A stretch of DNA of 64,000 bases from Ascidiella aspersa (Eukaryota). The position numbers were made by a program, and so were the translations under genes. The stretch lies in NCBI GenBank assembly GCA_963924565.1, contig OZ004608.1:37014001-37078000 (forward strand). Reading direction: 5' to 3'. Positions within the stretch are counted from its first letter, which is position 1. Each line of letters begins with the position of its first letter. Below, piece after piece: positions 1 through 10,109 of the stretch. The notes beneath the pieces were generated by a model. The model ran no database searches, was not told where the DNA came from, and saw nothing but the letters and a program-made list of their open reading frames with translations.

Positions 1-960
1 TAAAAGAACCGTTCCACGATTAAGTAGCCACGAAGATCTTTACAAAGGTCGGTAACAGTTGATAAGTTTTCCAATACTGCTTTAGCAATCTTTATGTGGA
101 TTACCATCAAGAACAACGAAGCGCAAACTTCCACTGTCTGGTCAAAATATTCCTTACTTGTGTCGCTCCAATTTGAAAGACATCGCGAAATCGCTGATAT
201 TTCTTTCAAACACCTTGTGGCACTAAATTGTTTTTCATCATTTTCCTAAAACGATTGTTGTGCTTGAATTAGCGATTTAAGAAATGTTCCTACCTCACTA
301 CTTTAGCAACGTTTTCTTCATCCGATAATAGGCCCATATTATTCTCGAGGCGTTTCCTGTTTTCCACTATTGTTTCATTCAATTCGGATATGGCAATTCC
401 TGGTCTGGCTAGTCACTCCGTCGTGAACAGCTTGATATATTTAAAAATATATGCGTCTGTCATCTCTTGTACTGCTACCGTTGCTGTGCCGTAAGGTTTC
501 AGAAAATCATTTGGAAAGTGACGAAAGTTTTGAATTCCGGTTTGTTTTTCTGGTGAAGAAGTCCTGTATTACAAAATTTTATCAATAAATATTCCTATTA
601 AATGATAAATCATTAATTTATTCACTTGGTCTATCATTTTCAATTGTACTTCTTCACTGTTTAGTTAAACGTGCTACATTGGCTTGGCGTAGAACAGGTT
701 TATTTTCATTTTTCAATTCTACTTCTTCACTGTCCAGGTTTAGCATCTGTAGAGTTGCTTAAAGTTGCTCATGTTCTGTGTCAAGTTTGTTCCGAATAGT
801 TAAATAATATGCGAGTTGTAGTTGCTTCTGATATCCCAGTAGTTCCAAGTCTCGCTACACTGGCAAGTTAAGCCCGGTCGTTTCTTGTTAAAGCAGCTAT
901 CATTCATCGTTTTAGCCGAAAAAACCCTTATAAAATGTAATCTATTTTCATAGATATCTG
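1..960 (-). pseudogene. Orphan helical ORF family ('EWLARPGIAISELNETIVENRKRLENNMGLL...YFDQTVEV...IHIKIAKAVL'), degenerate
   Basis: Copies or relatives at ~10110-11040, ~16740-16910, ~18670-18780, ~19460-19990, ~21230-21720, ~22255-22740, ~24300-24560 (diverged) and ~26380-26670 (diverged). No family recognised. Confidence 0.6.
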
Positions 961-1429
961 TTCCAATAGTTTTGTTTTGAAAAGAGAACATTTAAGCTGT
1001 TGTACAGTATTTTATTTCTAATCACTATCGATTTTGGCATTTCTCAGCGTAGCGGTATTATTGCTCTTTGTAATTCCTCTTCCCAAATGAACGAAGGGCT
1101 GGGTTGAATTGCTTTACTAAATCTTTCTTCATACCATATTTTGCATTTTATCTTTTCTGCTTTCATAAGTAACAAGATTTTTGTTACACCAGTATTGCAG
1201 CCTTAATTTTTTGCCTGGTTTACACTAAGTTTTGACATGCAGGAACTCCTACAACCACACAATTTGGATGATACCACTCTTCACAAGAGCAGCATTCCAC
1301 ACAAGTCTTTATTATATCTAACGGCCAAACACAGTTACAAAATACCGGGATTGCTAGTTGCATTCTGTTACGCTTAGTATTATTTTTTTTTCGTTCCACG
1401 TCACTTTCTTGGTTGCTACCATGTCGCGT

Positions 1430-1800
1430 AATCTTTTTTCAACAAAGCTAACTTTCTCCAGCCGAATTCCCAGACAAATAGCTGCGGCGAATGCGATCGC
1501 AAATGGGCCACAGTTCCCAGACTCGGTCCGTGTTTGAACCTTTGGAAAAATTACCTCGAATATTTTGTTCTTACCGGAAATTAGTCAGTTATCTTTTATC
1601 AGAATACGCACGTGATAAAGCACTATCATAAATGAGGAATTTTGTTCGTTCATTGAAAACATGTTGGACGCTGTTACCCAATAATTGCTGTGCCCCTGGA
1701 TAATTTGTACAAATGTACCTTTTGGTGTATGTACTGGAGAATTATACGAGGAAAACGCTGAAAACCAGATGCTGCGTAAATTGTTTAAGACAATACGCAC
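1430..1800 (-). pseudogene. Ulp1/C48-like cysteine protease remnant (copy at ~11455-11830; partial at ~3760-3960)
   Basis: FVQIIQGHSN(Y/H)WVTASN (His region; ..NHWV in the ~3840 copy) and FPKVQTRTESGNCGPFAIAFAAAICLG (Gln/Cys region), matching the 'HW...Q.....DCG.FAIAFA' pattern of transposon-borne Ulp1 domains. Frameshifted. Confidence 0.78.
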
Positions 1801-4800
1801 ATTGCCGCGTCCATATGTAAGTCAGACAACCATTTTCCTTTGTGTTATTTCTGCAAAATCTGTAACTCTTGCTAGCTCTTTTTATCCATGATTACCTGCG
1901 TGCGATTATCTTTGGTAAACGTTTGTTCCGGCCTCTTGAATTTTAACATACGATTCTGAATATTGTTTCTAAAATATGTTTTTGTCGTGCCTTCCAAGAT
2001 CCCCAATCATTATACCTGACCATAGCGCAATATTTGGCAGCGTTAATTTTTGATATTTTGCTGCCATCGCGGTTCCAATGTGGAGGGTTGATGCCACAAC
2101 AGAACACCTGTAGTAACAAAATGCACAGATAAAGTACGCATATAGATTTCTGAATATTGTTTGTAGAAAATGTATTTGCCGTGCCTTCTAAGCTCGCCAA
2201 TCATTCCAAGCTCGCACAATAAAAAAATCTTGGTAATAAACAAATATAATTAGGATTGTTTTACCTCCGCATTGGAATATGTTTATTTGGTCATGTCAAA
2301 AGGTGACCAATGTGGAGGTTAATTTCTGTAGCAAGACGTCCGCGGTCGTTCTTTAATTGCCTTTGGTTATTTAGAACGTCGTTCGTTCCCAGAGCCAGAA
2401 CAATCACTTTGACTTACGGAAGAGGTTGGTGGCCTTAAGCTCCAGCAATCCATGTTTGATTGTGCCGCCTGGTATGCTGACGGCAGCAAAGTCCAATGTA
2501 AAATTGTGGGAGGGCTTGATTACCGAAGGACAAACAAGATCCCTTCCACTGCTGTCCGAAACAAAGAGTACACATCCAGCCTTCTGGTATGAACCACTTG
2601 ACTTGTTTGTTTACATGCCCATGGGATATCTTACGTAAGACATTCTGGACCCACATGGCCTTGCTCCAAGCTAAAAAATCAAACAAATAATCAATTTAGC
2701 TATTTAAAAACAAAACGATTATAAATAAATTAAACAAATAAACCAGCTCTTACCTTGGTAATACGGCCCAATGAATTCATACTTCCCTAGTGAATTTTTA
2801 ATATGTTCAAGCAAGATTAATGCAGATTTGTTCGACAAGATATCTCAAAGAGGATGGAATGAATCTTGGTTTACTGAAGAAGCCTATTACTACCACGGTA
2901 ACTCCGTCTAGTATCCTCCTGTTAGACAGCTCGATGGTGCCATGATGGGTGGTACCACCTGGAATACTTCGACAACAAATATCAAATTGGAAGTTTGATG
3001 ACGACATAACCAAGCCGGGATTAACCAAGTTTCTGGTGCGTCTGAAACAAACAACGTACGCCTGTGTAAGCAAAGCGCCGAAACTTTTGTTGCTTTTCAA
3101 AATATGTTTTGGTTTTTCTCCCAGACCTGGAATAAGTAATAATGTCCAGACCGTTCGGTTCTATTTTAGCTGTTGCATGGTTAATTTCGTTTTACAGTTT
3201 AAACAACCAAACGGTATGTATCCGTTTTTTCTCATGAACTTTTTAACACGTTTAATTTACTTTCTTTTTTTGCTTGCTTCGTCCTTATGGCTAGTTCAAA
3301 ATTTTGAAGCTTGATGGTGTAGCAGGGTGTTCACAACGGAGCATTAGTGCTGAAAAGGGTGGTCCGGTCTAAAATTCAGTCGTGATTATGTGGTATCTAG
3401 ACAAATTGTAACCCTTAATTCATTCATTATTTGGCTACTTGTATAGCTAGGTTAGCAGGGCAAGGAGACAACATCAAACAACACCATGCTTTCATCTTAT
3501 ATTTGAAGACTAGTAGGATCCGAATGAATAAAACAATAGGCCCTAAGCAGGAATTAAGGTTCAAGTATTCTTGGTAACCGTAGATTGCTGGTAATGTATC
3601 ATCGGTTGTTTACCTTCTATTCTTTCTTCAACCTAGCATTTTTCCTAACCTGATTGCTGTGCTTGATTAGCGATTTGGGAAATGTTCTTACTTTAGCAAC
3701 GTTTTCTTCATCTGATAATAGGTCCATGTTATTCTGAATGCGTTTCCAATTTTTTATCAGTATACGCATGTGATAAAGCACCATCATAAATAAGCAATGT
3801 TTGTTCGTTCGTTGAAAACCTGTTCGACGCTGTTACCCAATGATTTTGGTGTACCTGGATAATTTGTACAAATTAACCTTTTGGTGTATGTACTGGAGAA
3901 TAATACGAGGAAAACCAGATTCTGCGTAAATTGTTTAGACAATCCGCACATTGCCGCGTGCATATGCATTCAAAGTTTTTTTTTTTGATTTTTTGCAGCT
4001 ACGGAGCTGGCTTGAAAGGCGCCGACATATATTTCCCAAAACTAGTATCTGGGGTTGCCACTAGCAATCGCTTTCCCCATGTTTCTTCTGGGTCTGACGA
4101 CTCAGTATTCGTTCTTTTGCGCTTTTTGCCTACCCTGACACCGTCATATATTCACCAACATGACAGTCGGCGTACATCTGTGCATTTCTTTCCCTGACTC
4201 CTCGTTCTTTTTCAACTCTTGCTAGCTCTTTTCCATGATGCCCTGCGTGCGATTATCTTTGGTAAACGTTTGTTCCGGCCTTGAATTATTACCTACGATT
4301 CTGAATATTGTTTGTAAAAAATGTTTTTGCCGTGCCTTCCAAGATCCCCAATCATTATACCTGACCATAGCGCAATATTTGGCAGCGTTAATTTTTGATA
4401 TTTTGCTGCCATCGCGGTTCCAATGTTGAGGGTTGATGCCACAACAGAACACCTGTAGTAACAAAATACCCAGGTGAAGAACAACTATCGATTTTTGACA
4501 ATAAAAAATTCTTGGTAATAAACATAAATATAATTATTGTTTTAGCTCTTGCTTATTTTTTGGTCATGTCAATAAGATGACCAATTCTGGAGGTTAAATG
4601 TAGCAAGACGTTCGGGGTCGTTCTTCAATTAAAATTGTGGGAGGACTTGACTACCAAAGGACAAAAAAGATCCCTTCCACTGCTGTCCGAAACAAAGAGT
4701 ACACATCCAGCCTTCTGGTATGAACCACTTGACTTGTTTGTTGGGATGCCCATGGGATATCTTACGCAAGACATTCTGGACCCACATGGCCTTAAATTTT

Positions 4801-5279
4801 TAACTATTTAAAAACCAAAACGAATAAAATATAAATTAAACAAATAAACCAGCTCTTTTTCATACTTCCCTAGTAAATTTTTAATAAGGGCCAAAAATCC
4901 AAATGTTCAAGCAAGATTAATGCAGATTTGTTCGACAAGAATAAATTGCTCACGACAATGTATCTCAAAGAGGATGGAATGAATCTTGGTTTACTGAAGA
5001 AGCCTATTACCACCACGGTAACTCAGTCTAGTATCCTGCTGTTAGACAGCTCGATGGTGCCATGATGGGTGGTACCACCTGGAATACTTCGACAACAAAT
5101 ATCAAATTGGAAGTTTGATGACGACATAACCAAGCCGGGATTAACCAAGTTTCTGGTGCGTCTGAAACAAACAACGTACGCCTGTGTAAGCAAAGCGCCG
5201 AAACTAGTCAGCAAGTTTGTGAGTTGTTTCTTTTCTTAAAACCTTTTTCTAAATGTGTGATTTGACTTATCAATCGGGT

Positions 5280-5540
5280 AAAGCACTTCAATACCAAATT
5301 CGCCACGGTTACTGAAACAATTGATCCCATTGCTGTTCCAAATATCTGTTTGTAATGTGGTTATGTGGAATCCAGACAAAGTCTACCTTTAGTCATTATT
5401 TAGCTACTTGTATGGCTAGGTTAGCAGGGCAAGGAGACAACTTCACACAACACCGTGCTTTCATCTTGTATTTGAAGACTATTAGTTTCTTCAACAAAAT
5501 TATATGTGTGGGATCCTTATGAATAAAGCAATAGGCCTAG
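5280..5540 (-). mobile_element. Penelope-like reverse transcriptase fragment (degenerate); copies at ~13200-13450, ~15100-15290 and ~3390-3540
   Basis: Translates with frameshifts to SHTYNFVEE...QDES.VL(F/C)(D/E)VVSL and HYKQIFGTAMGSIVSVTVANLVL, the PLE RT motifs 'VSFDVVSLF' and 'YxQxxGxAMGSPxS'. Confidence 0.85.
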
Positions 5541-5859
5541 GCAGGATTTAAGGTTTATGTAGTTTTGGTAACACTTAGACTGCTGGTGATTTAGCATTGT
5601 TTGTTTACCTTCTCTTCTTTCTTCAACCATGTCACATACTTGTTAACAACCTTCACTTTATACCTATGTCTGCCTGTTGAATTATGAATCCTTTGTTTTT
5701 TTAAGCTAGGTTCTTTTTTCAACTGGTTGTGGGCTGGATTCTATTTGTTTTATGGGATTTTATACCTGCTATAAATTTACCTCCTACTAGTTCAGCTTTA
5801 CCCGGGATTTTACTAGTTTAGCTTTTGCTAGAATGTCCCCGGACATTGTTGCTTCTTTA

Positions 5860-6100
5860 AATATTACCTGTTCTGGTTTGATGTCGGATAGCAGTGCAGA
5901 CTGCTATCGCAAAAGGACCATGATAGGAGCCCTTTGTTTGCATACTTTGGGTATTTAAAATAACAACTGAAATATATATATATATAATGCTTTGTAACCC
6001 TAAAATTTTGAAGAAATTGTGCCGCCATAATATGCATTACTGAATCAATATGCCTGTTGCTTAGCCATATGTTTTGACAATATTCTGTATTTTGATCCAT
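5860..6100 (-). pseudogene. Second Ulp1/C48-like remnant (copy at ~13770-14000; related pieces at ~7330-7440 and ~8620-8700)
   Basis: WLSNRHIDSVMHIMAAQF resembles the N-terminal 'WLxDxxI' motif, and MQTKGSYHGPFAIAVCTAI is a degenerate Q...CG.FAIA block. The middle is deleted. Confidence 0.65.
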
Positions 6101-6659
6101 GTTAAAACTGAGTTGATATTTTACACCCACAACAACGGCGTGCCCAGCGACCAACAGGTAAGTTTGAATCTTGAGTTTTCAACCTTATTCAGACTCCGTG
6201 TTCAGTAATGATTTTCTATTCCTGGTTTTCTTTTGTTGCAAGTTTCATATTTTTTTTTAGTTTCAATTCTTTAGCTGTAAAACGTTTCCGATTTTTTAAT
6301 GTCTGTTTTGAATGCTGTTGGAATGTGGACAATTTTCGAAAGTTTTTTTTTCGTTTTTCCATCTGGCCTTCCACGTGTTTAGATCTGTCCGTATTGGTAT
6401 TTGGCACAAGTTTTCCAGCTCTGTGTGTACAAGAGTGTTTGTCATGGTCCGATCTGAGGTTTTATTACCGTTGGAAAAAAAATAGTTTGAGCTTTTGTTT
6501 TCTGTTTCCATTGTGAACCTCATGGTTGGTTCCAAACTGTTCTAAATTTAAGGTATGGGGAATCTAGACATTGAACCCTATTAATATCTTGGGGGTATAA
6601 AATTTGATTCGGATGATAACCGGTCTACTTCCATTTTCTTTTGTCAATTTCATTTAACT

Positions 6660-7175
6660 CATTCCTTTTTGTTCATTGTGTAACGACATTTGGTCAATCC
6701 TGAATGATTCAATGAACCATCTTTTGTAATAGTGCAGTTCCTAGTGTATTATGTTACAATTACCCCAATCAATTCCATGTCGAAGTTCAACCGCATGCTC
6801 TGCCAGAGCTGACTGGGATGCCCTTTCATGGCGGACATCACACATACGTTCAAGTTTCCTGGTTTAAAGCAACATTTAGTTTTCCTTCACCATACACAGG
6901 GCATCTCAAAGAGTCCCTTAGCGTTTTTCTGGTTTAACTGGATCTTTAGTCGAAGGTAAAAGGTTTCCAATTTTTCTGGCCGGTTTGAAAGCAGTTGAAA
7001 TGTGGTGGCTTTCCAAAATACGTTTTAGTTTTTCTCCCAGACCGGGAATAAGGAATAATGTCCAAACTATTCGGTTGTTAACATGTTTGATTTCGTTTGC
7101 TTTGTCCTTTTTGCTAGTGCAAAGTTTTAAAGCTCGGTTTAGCATGGTGTTCACAACCGAGCCTTTGTGCTGAAG
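6660..7175 (-). mobile_element. Penelope-like RT thumb/linker plus GIY-YIG endonuclease remnant; related copies at ~3080-3370 and ~14500-14980
   Basis: QHKGSVVNTMLNRALKLCT...IPGLGEKLKRILESHHISTAFKPARKIGNLLPSTKDP, then SQSALAEHAVELRHGIDW...KRWFIESFRI, typical of the Penelope/Poseidon C-terminal half. Confidence 0.88.
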
Positions 7176-9369
7176 AAGTAGCGATCTGAATGCGTTACTT
7201 TGCTAAAGATGTACAGTAAATGCTAGTCTGTATAGCTAAAAGATTTCCTTAGTAATTCTGGTCTATTCCTACGCGTAAAAATGAGCAACAGTTCTATTCA
7301 AAACAATTTTCTGAATGTCCCTGCGCAATGTTGCTTCTTTAAATATTACCTTTCTGGTTTGATGTCGTATAGCAGGGCAACTGCAAAAGCTATTGCTAAA
7401 GGGCTACAATTGGACCTTTCCCTTTGTTTGCATACCTTTGGAAAAACAGATTTTTAAAATAAAATTCCTACATGTTGTCATACATTTTTTTTGTGATGTA
7501 AAAAAAAAGCATAACTTGCTTATGACAGTACATGGTCCTGAAGAATCGTTAGTGACTGTGTATATTCTAATGTAGGAATTATCCTTGTTTTCCAACATGC
7601 CAATTCTCTTGTAGAACATTGCAACTTTCAGACTGTTTACATATCTTCTCATGTGATTCGTACAAGCATTCCCTCGTAAATGGGTTGTATTTCTTTCGAT
7701 AAATAACCCATTGAAATAAACCATGGTTTTGCCTAGGTGGAAATTTAGATTTTCAATTATAACCTGGTTCACAAAATGACAACCTCGATTTATAAAAGTC
7801 AAGAAGGATGTATGTGTATTACTCGATGCAGACAGACTGGTTTCTGCGGATGGGTAATTCACCAGCAGTGTCGAATTATAATTGTGAAGCTCACTGTCAC
7901 TAGCAGCAAATTGTTGATGGAGACTAGTTTAACGACATTGGGAAAGGAACTTAACATCCTCGATCAAGCTCTTCATGGAAACGATTGAATAGACTGATGA
8001 ACGGAACTTTGGCAAGTCCTGAATCAAACTGTAACTTACATTGTTGGAATCATATGTTTCACAAAACAAAACTTAATATTATAGGGAGAATTCGCTAATA
8101 GCTCTGTTTCTGCTCAAATTCTCGTCGATTGTTCATAGCAAAAGAAAACATTCGCAGATCTTCCGGTATTTGTCAAAATCATGTTGGAACAAGTGAATTA
8201 AAATCTGATCTTAAAAGAAAATCAGGTCTTTTGTCAATGATGCGTGCTTGAAACCAACCACCAAAACATTGTTATGGTCATATGAAAAAAGTGAGTTTTT
8301 GGTCCAATGATAAACTCGTATAGAGTCTTCTAACTGAACGGTTTCGTTTTCACGCGCGTTCCAATAATACGGCTGAGGTCACCGCTTTGTTAATCTAGGT
8401 TTTTGTCATTTTTATCACTGGAAGGGTATTGGAACTTTTGACAGTTCGAATAAATAGTACGAACTGTAACATATTTTCGCTATAACAACTGTCGTATATT
8501 TGTACAGAATTACACTTTGCTAAAGCATGTTTGACGCCGTTATTTGAACAGACAAACTTTCAGTCTGGAGAATATACCAAAGGAAAAATTAAACAGATTT
8601 TTAAGCATGAATGTTTAACTTATGAGGCAATTGTGCCGCCATTTATCCATTACTGAATCGATATCCCTGTTGCTTAGTCATGTCTTTTGACAAGAGGTTG
8701 ATCCATGTTAAAACTGGGTCGTCCCTAGCAACCAACAGGCAAAGTTTGCAGTACAATGGTGGTCTGTTTGTTGCACAAAGTAATAGTCGAAAATTGAAGG
8801 CTTGATCTTCGGCATAGCGATGATCTGTGATCGTATCAGCTTGTGCGTTGATGATAGTTAGGGCGTCATTCATTTAGGTTTATTCAGAAGTTGAAAAACA
8901 TCAGACACAGCGTTTCATTTCTAAAATCGTGAGACTTTCCATACTTTGGTTTCATTGCACAATGTACTTTAGGCCGGTTGCGCGTTGGTAGCTATGTTAT
9001 GTTTAAAAAACAAATGAGTTATTTGCCCTAAATTTGTGAAATTTTAGAGCGGGGTTATGCAATTGCATGTATCGTTTCTACTTTTACCATTTATGTCAAA
9101 AACAAAAAAAAAACGGGATTTTTTTCCTTGCTCACAAAACACTTAATATACTATTGGACTGAACGGCATTTTAAGTTTGGTTTTAGAGAACAAGAGGCTC
9201 AACACATTAATTGTATTCACGCAAAATAACCTAATGTTTCTTGGGACTTGGTTACACTTGCGTTTCCGGGTTGTAAACTCTGGCTGCTCTCTTGCGATTT
9301 ACCTCGTTTTCGTTCTGTAAATTTCCTGCAAAGATCGTTTTGAAGAACCTTGGGGTTGTATCCCTGTAG

Positions 9370-9820
9370 CTGCCTTGTCTCGCGTTGCCACTGGAGTTTT
9401 TAGGTTGTTGTCAGTACAATAAACTCTGGCTACTTTCTTGCGTTTTGCCTTGTCTCGCGTTGCCACTGGAGTTTTTAGGTTGTTGTCAGTACAATAAACT
9501 CTGGCTACTTTCTTGCGTTTTGCCTTGTCTCGCGTTGCCACTGGAGTTTTTAGGTTGTTGTCAGTACAATAAACTCTGGCTACTTTCTTGCGTTTTGCCT
9601 TGTCTCGCGTTGCCACTGGAGTTTTTAGGTTGTTGTCAGTACAATAAACTCTGGCTACTTTCTTGCGTTTTGCCTTGTCTCGCGTTGTCACTGGAGTTTT
9701 TAGGTTGTTGTCAGTACAATAAACTCTGGCTACTTTCTTGCGTTTTGCCTTGTCTCGCGTTGCCACTGGAGTTTTTAGGTTGTTGTCAGTAAAATAAACT
9801 CTGGCTACTTTCTTGCGTTT
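9370..9820. repeat. Tandem array, 75-bp unit, ~6 near-identical copies, in frame within ORF 9299-10066(-)
   Basis: Unit TGCCTTGTCTCGCGTTGCCACTGGAGTTTTTAGG... at 9371, 9446 and onward; encodes RKKVARVYCTDNNLKTPVATRDKAK on the minus strand. Confidence 0.97.
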
Positions 9821-10109
9821 ACCTCGTTTTCTTTGTGTACAAAGTTTCCGCAAAGACGGTTTTGTAGAACCTTGGAGTTGTATCCATGTAATTCTGTAGC
9901 AAGTCTTTGTGGGCAGCTTCTGAATATGAAGATATATCCTCGCCGTTGACGAAAGTTCCGCCACTTCTGCCGAATCTATTTGTTCTACTTTGGGCAACAG
10001 ATACGCGTCCAACTGGATAAATCTATGAATTGTGAAAGAGTCTTCTTGCATTAAAGTAACTAACAATAAACGACGTCAAGTACGTTTACTTAGCTTTAAC
10101 CAACCTGTG

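Larger units (their letters stand above)
1..7450. repeat. Copy 1 of a multi-kb duplicated, decayed TE-derived block
   Basis: 1-~3090 matches 10110-~13110; ~5200-6590 matches ~13110-14475; ~3090-3610 matches ~14705-15350; ~4210-5200 is an internal re-copy of ~1865-3085. High identity by eye with small indels. Confidence 0.95.

Noticed and set aside
8400-8590. THAP-domain remnant on the plus strand
   Set aside because: Only a weak W...C..HF-like pattern that needs frameshifts; not supportable without a profile search.
9385-9792. Plus-strand Cys/Leu-rich ORF (and the 25660/25917/26174 plus ORFs)
   Set aside because: Open only because the 75-bp unit lacks stops in that frame; antisense shadows of tandem repeats.
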